Shown: positions 23,542 through 33,009 of the stretch, one piece after another
How the letters are laid out: each line of letters starts with the position of its first letter
Position numbering within the stretch: position 1 is the stretch's first letter
IMG/VR virus record: IMGVR_UViG_3300029480_000006
Coordinates: 1 to 44,924 of that record
DNA: 44,924 bases
Strand: one strand, 5' to 3'
From: a virus
The notes under the pieces: model-generated
The model's database searches: none
Told to the model about the DNA's origin: nothing
The model's input: only the letters and a program-made list of their open reading frames with translations
Translations under genes and position numbers: made by a program

Positions 23542-24099
23542 GTGAAAAATCGCATAAAAAATAAAAAAATGGGGTTGAAAGTTATGAAGTTGAAAAGTAC
23601 ACCCACAAAAGACAAAAAAACCGCAAAGGCTGATGAAACATGGGTTTATAGCACTACTGAAATCTGTGATTTTTTTGAAATAAGTGCTGAAACTTTAAAT
23701 AACTGGTATAAAAAAGGAGCCCCAAAAAAAGGATATGGAAAATGGAATTTAAAAGAGCTTATAAAATGGAAATATACGCAGACAGATTCTCCAGAAAAAC
23801 GAAAAATTAAAGCTGAAGCTGATCTAAAAGAAGCTAAAGCAGAGCAAGAATTAATAAAATTGGAGAAGGAAAAGGGTAAATATATACCAGTAAGCCAAGT
23901 AAAAGAAGATTTAATACAATTATTTGGTTATCTCAAGAAGGAAATAACATCTCTTGGCCATGAAGTAGCTACAGAGATAAATTCTTATGATGCAGAAATA
24001 GCAATTTCCGCAAAAGAAGTAATAGATAAGAAGGTAAACTATGTTTTAGAGTTACTGGCGAAGGGAGAAGGAAGAATTGGTGGCAAAAAGAAAAAATAA
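23542..24099 (+). CDS. terS: Terminase small subunit (start uncertain)
   Basis: HTH-like ICDFFEISAETLNNWYKKGAP. Position immediately upstream of TerL. Confidence 0.55.
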   Translation: MKNRIKNKKMGLKVMKLKSTPTKDKKTAKADETWVYSTTEICDFFEISAETLNNWYKKGAPKKGYGKWNLKELIKWKYTQTDSPEKRKIKAEADLKEAKAEQELIKLEKEKGKYIPVSQVKEDLIQLFGYLKKEITSLGHEVATEINSYDAEIAISAKEVIDKKVNYVLELLAKGEGRIGGKKKK

Positions 24100-24116
24100 T
24101 TTCCCCTAAATACATC

Positions 24117-25916
24117 ATGGAGGCTTTAGAAATATTCAAGCCTCCTAAAAAAATAACTGTAAGTGAATGGGCAGATGAAAACAGAATATTATCTGGTAAA
24201 GACTCGGCTAGTCCTGGACCATGGCGAACAGCAAAGACACCATATTTAAGAGATATAATGGATGCATTTTCTAATCCTAAGTTTCAGGAAATAACTTTTG
24301 TTGCTGGTACGCAGATAGGGAAAACAGCAGCAGAACAAAATATGATAGGTTATGCTATAGACCAAGATCCAGGTCCTATGATTGTTGTTTATCCAACGGA
24401 TAAATTAGGTATTTTTACAGCAGAAAACAGATTAAAGCCTATGTTTAATCTATCTCCAGCATTAAAAAACAAATTCCGTGAGGATAAAAGTAAGCAAGAT
24501 GAATTGCAGTTTGATGAAATGTATATTGCTATTGCTGGTGCTAATTCTCCATCAAATCTATCATCTCGACCAGTAAGATATGTATTCTTTGATGAAGCAG
24601 AAAAATATCCAAAATGGTCAGGTGATGAAGCAAATCCAATATCACTGGCGGAAGAGCGTACAAAAACATTCTGGAATAAAAAGAAAGTAAAAGTATCTTC
24701 TCCAGTATTAGAAGATGGTGTAATTTGGCAATCTTATAAAAAGGCAGATTTACAAATGGAGTATCAAGTGCCTTGTCCACATTGTGGTACGTATCAACCG
24801 CTATTTTTTCGACCTAGAGAAAAGGGAGAAAGCGGTGGCATAATGTGGCCAGAACAATATACAACACCAAGTGAAGTAAAATATACTGCTTATTACCAGT
24901 GCATGCATTGTAAACAGCCGATTTACGATAGGCAAAAGCCAGAAATGCTTAGATTAGGAAAATGGGTAGTTAAAAATAAAAATAAAGGTCATGCTAGTTC
25001 TATATCATTTCACTTAAATTCTATATATTCGCCATGGGTAACATTCGGCGAAGTAGCAGAAATGTTTTTAAAAAGTAAAGATACTCCAGAACAGCTAATG
25101 AACTTTATTAATTCATGGCTTGCTGAACCATGGAAGAATAATGCTAGTGAGTTAAATTCAGATTTAGTTATGGAAAAACAGCTAAATTATGAACGTGGAA
25201 CCATGCCAGAAGAAGCACAGATACTTACTTTAGGAATAGACGTACAGGTAGACCACTTTTGGTGGGGTGTACGTGCTTGGGGTGCTGGTCTTAAAAGTTG
25301 GCTAGTAGATTATGGAAAAGCTGAAACATGGACAGAACTAGATGAGATATTAGAGCGTAATTTTGCAGATACAAATGGAGAAATACGCAAAATAAATAGA
25401 TGTGGCATAGATGCTGGTTACAATACAGATGAAGTTTATCTATGGTGTGCTAGACATGGCGGTTTATGTATTCCTACAAAGGGTTCAAGTCGTTCCATGA
25501 ATACGTATTACAATACGTCTTTGATAGATAAAACACAGATAAACGGCATGAAATTATATGTCTATGACACAGATAAAATGAAAGACTTTATCGCAGGTAG
25601 ATTAACCATAGAAGCAGGCGATAAAGGGAGTTGGAATGTATATAAAGGTATAGACAGACGTTATTGCGACCAAGTTTGTTCAGAACAAAAGGTAGATGTT
25701 CGTAAAAAGAATGGACTGATAACGCAAAAATGGGAAAAAATAAGCACACATGCACAAAATCACATGCTAGACGTAGAAACAATATCTGCATTATTGGCAG
25801 AAGTATGCGGAGTGAGGTATTTAATGGAAAAAGAACCAGTTTTATATAAACCTAAGCCTAAAAAACAAAATAAAGCTAATTCTTGGCTTGGTGATACTAA
25901 AAATTGGCTTAAATAA
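24117..25916 (+). CDS. terL: Terminase large subunit, lambda gpA-like
   Basis: 599 aa. Walker A AGTQIGKT, Walker B-like VRYVFFDEAEKYP. HNH neighbour and downstream gpW/portal. Confidence 0.9.
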   Translation: MEALEIFKPPKKITVSEWADENRILSGKDSASPGPWRTAKTPYLRDIMDAFSNPKFQEITFVAGTQIGKTAAEQNMIGYAIDQDPGPMIVVYPTDKLGIFTAENRLKPMFNLSPALKNKFREDKSKQDELQFDEMYIAIAGANSPSNLSSRPVRYVFFDEAEKYPKWSGDEANPISLAEERTKTFWNKKKVKVSSPVLEDGVIWQSYKKADLQMEYQVPCPHCGTYQPLFFRPREKGESGGIMWPEQYTTPSEVKYTAYYQCMHCKQPIYDRQKPEMLRLGKWVVKNKNKGHASSISFHLNSIYSPWVTFGEVAEMFLKSKDTPEQLMNFINSWLAEPWKNNASELNSDLVMEKQLNYERGTMPEEAQILTLGIDVQVDHFWWGVRAWGAGLKSWLVDYGKAETWTELDEILERNFADTNGEIRKINRCGIDAGYNTDEVYLWCARHGGLCIPTKGSSRSMNTYYNTSLIDKTQINGMKLYVYDTDKMKDFIAGRLTIEAGDKGSWNVYKGIDRRYCDQVCSEQKVDVRKKNGLITQKWEKISTHAQNHMLDVETISALLAEVCGVRYLMEKEPVLYKPKPKKQNKANSWLGDTKNWLK

Positions 25917-25936
25917 TTTAAGGAGGTGAAACTATT

Positions 25937-26161
25937 TTGGAAACTGCAACGCAATTAGAAGAAAAATTGAGTAATCTACAAAAAGCTATAGAAGCTGTAG
26001 AACAAAATGGGCAATCTTATACAGCAGATGGAAAGATAAGCTTCACTAGGGCAGATTTAAAAACGCTATATAATAGAGAAGAAACTCTTATACAACGTTT
26101 AAATAATCTAAAAACTAATGGCAGAGGATATAGAACACTTGCCAAAATAGTAATGAGATGA
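25937..26161 (+). CDS. gpW-like head-tail joining protein
   Basis: 74 aa between TerL and portal. Pattern L..L..A.....G....DGK.ISFTRADL resembles gpW. Confidence 0.6.
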   Translation: METATQLEEKLSNLQKAIEAVEQNGQSYTADGKISFTRADLKTLYNREETLIQRLNNLKTNGRGYRTLAKIVMR

Positions 26162-27642
26162 ATGTATTAGAAAAAATAGTAGCGTTTATCTCTCCTGGTA
26201 CGGCATTAAAAAGAATGTATGCTAAACAAATGCTGAAATACTATGAAGCAGGCGAAATGAACCGCTTCACAGATAGTTGGCGAGCCCTAAATGGTGATGA
26301 TGAAAATATGGCAGCACCTGAAAGGGACATAATAAAAGCTAGAGCAAGATATCTAGAAAGAAATAGTGATATTGCTAATAGTTTAATATCTGCTTTTTTA
26401 CGTAATGTAATTGGCACAGGCATAAAACCGCAGGCACGTACAGGGAGTAAAGATTTAGACGATAAACTAGAAGAACTATGGAAAAAATGGGCAACTACAA
26501 ACTGTGATATAACAGGGCAAAGTACGTTTTATGAACTACAAAAAATGTTATTATTGCGTAGATTTGTAGATGGAGAAATCCTAGTAAATAAAGTCTATGA
26601 TAATAATGCTGAAATACCGCTTAAATTACAGGTTATCAAGACAGATTTATTAGATACTAGTAGATTTAATGGAAATGGCAAAAATGTTGTGCGTTCTGGT
26701 GTAGAGGTAACATCTTATTTAAAACCAGTTGCTTATTGGATATTACAAAAAACACCAGATGGATTTTTAACTTTAGACTCTAAACAAGTAAAAGCAGAAA
26801 ACATGATACATTTGTTTGATAAGACAAGCCCAGAACAAATAAGAGGTATTTCAGAGTTAGCACCACTTATAAAACGAACAAAATCAATAGAAGATTTTTT
26901 GGATGCTGAAACAATGAGTGCTAAGATAGCGGCTTGTTTTTCTATTTTTATCAAAAGAAATAATGGTGGTTATAATCAATATGCTGAAAATGATAAAAAT
27001 AGAATAGAAGAAATACATCCTGGAATGATTAGCTATTTAAATCAAGGTGAAAGTATAGAAACAGCAAATCCTAGCCGTTCTATGACATCTGCAAGAGATG
27101 TTGTAAATCTACAACAAAGATTAATGGGTGCAGGAGCTGGTTTATCGTATGAATTAGTAAGCCGAGATTTTAATAATGCAAACTTTTCTGCCGCAAGACA
27201 GGGATTTCTTGAGGACCAAATGACATTTAAGCCTATACAAAAATACATAATAGAACATTTTTGTAATCCTATATGGAGTGATTTTGTAGAAGCTTGTGTA
27301 TTAAAAGGTCTTATAAATATAAAAGATTTCTTCACTAATAAGGAAAAATATACAAATAGTGCTTGGATTGCTCCAGGCTGGTCTTGGATAGATCCAGAAA
27401 AAGAAGTAAATGCAGATATTAAAGCTATGCAAAATGGCGGTAAAACACTTTCACAATGGTGTGCAGAACGTGGAGATGATTGGCAAAGCCAACTAGACCA
27501 GATGGCAAGAGAAAAAGAATATGCCGAAAAACTGGGACTAAAATTAAATATCCACACTCCTGAAGCAGTACAGGCTGCACAATCAAATCATGTACAAAAT
27601 ATAGAAGGAGGAGGAAAAACAAGTGGATCTAAACAAGAGTAA
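26158..27642 (+). CDS. Portal protein (lambda gpB-like)
   Basis: 494 aa in the synteny position after gpA and gpW. Confidence 0.8.
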   Translation: MNVLEKIVAFISPGTALKRMYAKQMLKYYEAGEMNRFTDSWRALNGDDENMAAPERDIIKARARYLERNSDIANSLISAFLRNVIGTGIKPQARTGSKDLDDKLEELWKKWATTNCDITGQSTFYELQKMLLLRRFVDGEILVNKVYDNNAEIPLKLQVIKTDLLDTSRFNGNGKNVVRSGVEVTSYLKPVAYWILQKTPDGFLTLDSKQVKAENMIHLFDKTSPEQIRGISELAPLIKRTKSIEDFLDAETMSAKIAACFSIFIKRNNGGYNQYAENDKNRIEEIHPGMISYLNQGESIETANPSRSMTSARDVVNLQQRLMGAGAGLSYELVSRDFNNANFSAARQGFLEDQMTFKPIQKYIIEHFCNPIWSDFVEACVLKGLINIKDFFTNKEKYTNSAWIAPGWSWIDPEKEVNADIKAMQNGGKTLSQWCAERGDDWQSQLDQMAREKEYAEKLGLKLNIHTPEAVQAAQSNHVQNIEGGGKTSGSKQE

Positions 27643-29500
27643 GCAAGGAAATTTATCTAGGGAATTTAATCTTGATAGTGTAAATGAAGAAGAACGAAGT
27701 ATAGAATTATCCTTCAGTAGCGAAGAACCATACGATAGATGGTTTGGTACAGAAATACTAGAGCATAAAAGCGAAAGTATTGATTTAACAAGATTAAATC
27801 AAATTGGAGTATTACTTTTTAACCATGATTATGACAAAGTTATAGGTAGAATAGAAAAAGCATGGGTAGAAAATAATCGAGGTAAAGCTAAAGTAGTTTT
27901 TGATACTGATGAGGATAGTGAAAAGATTTACCAGAAGGTAAAATCTGGAACATTAAAAGGAGTTTCTGTTGGTTATAGAGTAAATAACTGGGAAGAAGTA
28001 GAACAAGGAGCATTAAGCACAGATGGAAGATTTCAAGGACCTTGTTCTATAGCTACTAGATGGATGCCATATGAAATTTCTATTGTTAGTGTACCAGCTG
28101 ATCCAACAGTAGGAGTAGGAAGAAGTTTTTCAGAAGAAGATAATGGGGGAATAAATATGCCAGAAAATAACAATGTAAAAGATAATAATGTACAATATAA
28201 TAATCAAAGAAATGACAACGAGGAATTACAAAGAAAATTAGAAGAAGAGCGTGCAAGAGTCAAAGAAATTAGACAAATGGCACGCTCTTTTAATTTAGAC
28301 CAGAAGTTTTTTGATAATTTAATTGATAATGGAACAAGCATTGAAGATGCTAGAAAATCTATATTAGAAGAATTAGCTAGAAATACAACACCTGTTAATA
28401 CAACAGCAAGTGTTCAAGTTGGAACAGAAGAAATTGATAAATTTAAACGTGCAGCTACAGATGGATTATCTATGCGTGTTGGTCTTAGAGTAGATAAACC
28501 TGTAGATGGTGCTAGAGAATTTGCAGGAAAATCTCTATTGAGATTGGCGGAAGAGTCTGTTTTTAGACAAACTGGCGAAGATATGCGTAATGCTAGAGAT
28601 ATTGATATTTTTGAGCGTGCATTAGAAGGTACAGGAGCATTTCCAATAATCTTATCTAATGTGGCCAATAAAACACTTCAAAGTTCCTATGAAGAAGCAC
28701 CAACAACATTCCAGTTTTGGACTGCTGTAGGCAGTAATAAAGATTTTAAACCAACTACACAAGTACAATTATCTAGTGCAGATGTATTAGAAAAAATGAC
28801 AGAAGCTGGAGAATTTAAAAATAAATCATTTAAAGAAACAAAAGTAAATACACAATTAGACACTTATGGTGCAAGCTTTGCAATCACAAGAAAAGCACTA
28901 ATCAATGATGATTTAGGAGCATTTACAGAGGTGATGGCTTTATTTGGCGAATCTTCTAAACGCATGATAAATCAAATGTGTTATAGCCTTTTAACAGGAA
29001 AAGATACTAAATTTGAAAATGTAGCCTTATTTGATAAATCTAAACATAATAATTTAGGTACAGGTAAAATTAGTATTGAAAGTTTGGCTGCTGCAAAATC
29101 TGCTATGTCTAAACAAACAGATATTAGTGGAAAGGCTTATTTAAATATTCAACCAGGCTTTTTAATTGTACCAACAGAATTAGAAGTAGAAGCTACACAG
29201 CTTGTAGGCTCTAGTGTAGATCCAACTAAATATAACAATACACCAAATCCATTCTTCAATAGATTAACTGTAGTATCCGATCCATATATTACAAATGCAC
29301 AAGAATGGTATTTGGCGGCGGCAAGAGGTAGATATCAATCTATTAAAGTTTCTTACTTGAATGGTGTTCAAACTCCAATTATTGAAAGAGCAGACGATTT
29401 TGATAGCTTAGGTGTAAAATATCGTGTTTATTTAGATGTGGGTGTAGATTTAGTAGATTATAGAGGTCTTTATAAATCTGATGGTAATGCAGCAGAATAA
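27623..29500 (+). CDS. Fused prohead protease, scaffold-like linker and HK97-fold major capsid protein
   Basis: N-terminus LLFNHDYDKVIGR...GVSVGY...SIVSVPADP (S78/U35-type protease). Middle coiled-coil ELQRKLEEERARVKEIRQ. C-terminal 330 aa are capsid-like. Confidence 0.75.
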   Translation: MDLNKSKQGNLSREFNLDSVNEEERSIELSFSSEEPYDRWFGTEILEHKSESIDLTRLNQIGVLLFNHDYDKVIGRIEKAWVENNRGKAKVVFDTDEDSEKIYQKVKSGTLKGVSVGYRVNNWEEVEQGALSTDGRFQGPCSIATRWMPYEISIVSVPADPTVGVGRSFSEEDNGGINMPENNNVKDNNVQYNNQRNDNEELQRKLEEERARVKEIRQMARSFNLDQKFFDNLIDNGTSIEDARKSILEELARNTTPVNTTASVQVGTEEIDKFKRAATDGLSMRVGLRVDKPVDGAREFAGKSLLRLAEESVFRQTGEDMRNARDIDIFERALEGTGAFPIILSNVANKTLQSSYEEAPTTFQFWTAVGSNKDFKPTTQVQLSSADVLEKMTEAGEFKNKSFKETKVNTQLDTYGASFAITRKALINDDLGAFTEVMALFGESSKRMINQMCYSLLTGKDTKFENVALFDKSKHNNLGTGKISIESLAAAKSAMSKQTDISGKAYLNIQPGFLIVPTELEVEATQLVGSSVDPTKYNNTPNPFFNRLTVVSDPYITNAQEWYLAAARGRYQSIKVSYLNGVQTPIIERADDFDSLGVKYRVYLDVGVDLVDYRGLYKSDGNAAE

Positions 29501-29515
29501 TAGGAGGAATTAAAA

Positions 29516-29854
29516 ATGGCAAATATTATAGCAACATATATACAAAAAGGTGAAACAATTGACTATGAAAATACAACAGGTGCACAGATTGAAGATAAAC
29601 AAGTTGTACCTTTAGCTAATTGTATTGGTATTGCAGGTGAGGTAATTCCAAATAAAGAAGTTGGTAGTTTATATCTTAATGGTGCATGGGAATTACCAGC
29701 AGCAACTTCTTTGGAAATTAAACCAGGTGATGCCGTTTACTGGAGTACGAGCGATAACAATATAAATAAAACAGAATTATCTAATGTTCCAGCAGGTATT
29801 GCTATTTCTCATAAAGAAGAGTCTGGAACATCTGTTGTTGTTAAAATTGGTTGA
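29516..29854 (+). CDS. DUF2190-type head decoration/cement protein
   Basis: GETIDYENTTGAQIEDKQVVPL...GEVIPNKEVGSLYLNGAWELP...IKPGDAVYWS...AGIAI...VVVKI matches the DUF2190 pattern. Confidence 0.65.
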   Translation: MANIIATYIQKGETIDYENTTGAQIEDKQVVPLANCIGIAGEVIPNKEVGSLYLNGAWELPAATSLEIKPGDAVYWSTSDNNINKTELSNVPAGIAISHKEESGTSVVVKIG

Positions 29855-30204
29855 TGAAAATGAACCTAAAAGAACAAATGAAGCAAGATGCAAATAATCT
29901 CTTAAATATTGATGAATTTGCAGAAATGGTAGTTTTTAATGAGAAAGAAATAAAAGCTATAGTGGTTTCTGGAGAAACAAATATAAGAGGAGATTATAAA
30001 TCTGTAGGAACTAGAGATGTAAAATATTTCTTAGTTCTAAAAGAAGATGTAAAAGGCTATAAAGCAAATGATGAAATAACACATGATGGTAAAAAATATG
30101 CCGTTATCCGCTCTATTTGGGATAACGGCTTTATTATTAAATTAGAAGCAGAAGCTAATAAGTCTGTAATGCCAAGGACAGGTGGAATGTATGGCAGATA
30201 TTAA
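29851..30204 (+). CDS. Head-tail connector protein (FII-like by position)
   Basis: 117 aa, by synteny. Confidence 0.45.
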   Translation: MMKMNLKEQMKQDANNLLNIDEFAEMVVFNEKEIKAIVVSGETNIRGDYKSVGTRDVKYFLVLKEDVKGYKANDEITHDGKKYAVIRSIWDNGFIIKLEAEANKSVMPRTGGMYGRY

Positions 30205-30814
30205 TTTAGTTAGAGTTTCTGTAGAAGATGAGGCACTTAATAAATTAGATTACTATGCAGAAGCATATCCAGTTTTTTATAAAAGAGCTTTAAAATCTTT
30301 GGGCTGGTATTCACAGCAAGAAATAAAAAAAGGGATAAGAAGTGGTGCTCCTGGCGGTAAAAAATATCAAGACTTGATAAAGCCATCTAAACGTAGGCAA
30401 ATGGATAAGGCTTTTCGTAAAAAAACGAAAAGTAGATATTTGCCTATGGGTAGATTGCGTAATGCCGTTGGTTACGATACTAAAGAAGTGAATAGAGGTA
30501 TTGTAACAGTCGGTTGGTTATCCAGAACAGCTGTTAGGATTGGTTCTATTATGGAAAAAGGTATTTATTACTATGTAACACCAAAAATGCGTAGAGCCTT
30601 ATTAAGAGGCAGAATATATACCAATAAGAAAATAATAGAAATACCAGCAAGACCGACATTTGGGCCAATGAGAGTAGTATTAGAGCCACAGCTAGTAAAT
30701 TATCTTAATACTAAAATTGAGCAATTTATACAAAATCCTAATTTGCGTGGAACAAAGACCAGCAATCGCAGATATAGAGTATATAATACAGGAATTACAA
30801 CAGGTGGATTATAA
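30182..30814 (+). CDS. Tail completion protein (gpZ-like by position and size)
   Basis: 210 aa, by synteny. Confidence 0.4.
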   Translation: MECMADINLVRVSVEDEALNKLDYYAEAYPVFYKRALKSLGWYSQQEIKKGIRSGAPGGKKYQDLIKPSKRRQMDKAFRKKTKSRYLPMGRLRNAVGYDTKEVNRGIVTVGWLSRTAVRIGSIMEKGIYYYVTPKMRRALLRGRIYTNKKIIEIPARPTFGPMRVVLEPQLVNYLNTKIEQFIQNPNLRGTKTSNRRYRVYNTGITTGGL

Positions 30815-31296
30815 TGTTATTTTTTAAAACAGCTTCATTAGTAAATTTAACAAGACTATTTGCCGAAAAATTGGCAGATAGTGAGGAAATAAAGCAATAT
30901 TGCACAGAGCATTATAAAAAAGAACAAATAGTATTTTTAGGTACAGATTTAAAACAGCCACCATCAGAGGATACTTGCCCATATATAGTAGTAGTCCCAG
31001 GGGAAAAACAAGAAGGATTAACGCAAAAACAATTTACGTATGTAGTAGATATAATGTGGTGTATTTCTAATAAAGAGATAACGCAAGATAAATTAGTAGA
31101 ATTTGTAGGAATGGATGAAGCAGACAATTTAGGACAATTGATATTAAATACAGTAGTAAATAGTCTAAAAAATTCTGTTGTAAACCAAATAGATTATAGT
31201 GTTAATGGTTTAACAGAATATCCGCAATTCCCAGGGCAAATGAGTCTTACAATCAACGTACCACATGTAATAGGAACAGAAAGAGTAGAATTTTAA
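30814..31296 (+). CDS. Tail terminator (gpU-like by position)
   Basis: 160 aa, by synteny. Confidence 0.4.
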   Translation: MLFFKTASLVNLTRLFAEKLADSEEIKQYCTEHYKKEQIVFLGTDLKQPPSEDTCPYIVVVPGEKQEGLTQKQFTYVVDIMWCISNKEITQDKLVEFVGMDEADNLGQLILNTVVNSLKNSVVNQIDYSVNGLTEYPQFPGQMSLTINVPHVIGTERVEF

Positions 31297-31311
31297 AGGA
31301 GTGTGAAAGTA

Positions 31312-32319
31312 ATGACTATTCAAGCAATGGGTGCTCATGGTAGAGTCGTCATGGAATTTGAAGAAAGTCCAGGAGTAGAAAATAGTGAGCATAAAAAAGG
31401 CATAAAAATAAACTTTATTAGTGCAAATGTACAAGCACAACAAAATCAAAATACTTCTAATGTAATCACTGGTAATCGAAATCCATCTGAACCATATCGA
31501 GGAAATATAGATGTACAGGGAGATGTAGAAGCACCATTAGATACAGCACAAATTGGTATGTTTTTAAAAGCTGCTTTTGGACCACCAGAAACAACTTCTG
31601 CTGGCGGCGAGAAATATAAGCACGTATTTAAATTAAGCCAAGACATGCCTTCTTTTACATGGGAACAAGGCTTCCAAGATATAAATGTTTATAAAAAATA
31701 TATTGGCTGTAAAATAAGCAAATTATCGTTTAGTTTTGGCGGAGATAATGAACTTACAGCACAAACAACAATTATGGGTGTAAAAGAAGTAGATGGTGAA
31801 GGAAGCAGTATGCAGGCAGATGCACCGACACTAGTAGGAAATAAACTGCAATTTGACCAAGTTACTTTCAAGGAAGATGGAAGCGAAAGTAATTTAGGCA
31901 CAGATTTTAGTTTAGATATAGATTTTGGCTTAGATGGAGATACTTATGCTATTGGTGGCAAAGGTTATCGTTCATTTATAAATGATGGTATTACTACCGT
32001 TACAGGAAGTTTAAAAGCGTTCTTTGTAGATAATACTGTTATAGAAAAAGCAGAAAAAGGAACACCTACAAAATTAGAAATAGGTATAATAAATAGTGAA
32101 GAAAGTTTGACTATTATCCTACCTGAAGTAGTGTACCAAAGAAATACTCCAGGTATTTCTGGTCCAGAAGGTGTATATATAGAAATGGATTATGGTGCAT
32201 TTTATAAAGATAATGAAAATGAAACAGCCATACAAATTGAACTTGTAAATAAAATTGCAAGCTATGATATACCAGCAGTAGAATCTGCATCCATGATGAG
32301 TAGCCAAAAATTGATGTGA
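31312..32319 (+). CDS. Major tail protein
   Basis: Immediately upstream of the G/GT chaperones and the tape measure. Confidence 0.6.
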   Translation: MTIQAMGAHGRVVMEFEESPGVENSEHKKGIKINFISANVQAQQNQNTSNVITGNRNPSEPYRGNIDVQGDVEAPLDTAQIGMFLKAAFGPPETTSAGGEKYKHVFKLSQDMPSFTWEQGFQDINVYKKYIGCKISKLSFSFGGDNELTAQTTIMGVKEVDGEGSSMQADAPTLVGNKLQFDQVTFKEDGSESNLGTDFSLDIDFGLDGDTYAIGGKGYRSFINDGITTVTGSLKAFFVDNTVIEKAEKGTPTKLEIGIINSEESLTIILPEVVYQRNTPGISGPEGVYIEMDYGAFYKDNENETAIQIELVNKIASYDIPAVESASMMSSQKLM

Positions 32320-32330
32320 GGTAAGTAAAA

Positions 32331-32666
32331 ATGGAAAAAGAAAAAGTAGAAAAAGCAAGAGAACAGGCTAAGAAAAATTTAGAAATCTTACAGAATTTAA
32401 TTAAAGAGAATAAACTCCCACAATATAGAGCGTTAACAAGAAAAGAACGCAAGAATATGACAGAGGCAGGAGTAAATGTATATTATGCAAAAATTGATGA
32501 AAATACTACAGTACAAAAACTATATGAACAAATGACGGATTGGATTTTGGATAATGTTTTCCCAGATTTCAATTTTGATGATTTAGATAATGGTTTATGT
32601 ACTGCATTTGCTACAAAATGCTTTGCTATGACATATAGTGATAATTTAGCCGAAAAAAACTTGTAG
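32331..32666 (+). CDS. Tail assembly chaperone G
   Basis: 111 aa, ending just after the slippery site. Confidence 0.8.
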   Translation: MEKEKVEKAREQAKKNLEILQNLIKENKLPQYRALTRKERKNMTEAGVNVYYAKIDENTTVQKLYEQMTDWILDNVFPDFNFDDLDNGLCTAFATKCFAMTYSDNLAEKNL

Positions 32667-33007
32667 AAGCTTGGCAATGGGTATTAGAAAAACAAGAGTA
32701 TTGCCAAGCTTGTAAAAAATTAAAAGGTAAAACACAGGAGGATTGTAAAAAATGTGAATACAATCCTCCTGTTTTATTGCCTGAAAATATAAGAATTTGG
32801 GAATTATGGTGTGCATGTTCTACGCAGTGGAAATATGGATTTGAAGGCCCTGTAGGATTAGATTATAGTGCAATAAATATTGTGGCCAAGAATATGGACA
32901 TGGAACTAAATCCGTGTGATATAAAAAAATTAAATGCAATCGAAACATTTACTTTAAATAAAATAAAAAATAAACCAAAGAAAAAGCCTGCTAAAAGGAG
33001 GAGGTAA
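32331..33007 (+). CDS. Tail assembly chaperone GT, made by a -1 programmed frameshift at 32654-32660
   Basis: Slippery heptamer A_AAA_AAC. The -1 frame opens at 32645 (TAA at 32642) and runs to 33007, abutting the tape measure gene. Confidence 0.8.
32654..32660 (+). promoter_or_regulatory. -1 ribosomal frameshift slippery site, A AAA AAC
   Basis: Read directly. Canonical X_XXY_YYZ heptamer at the end of G. Confidence 0.8.
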
Positions 33008-33009
33008 TT

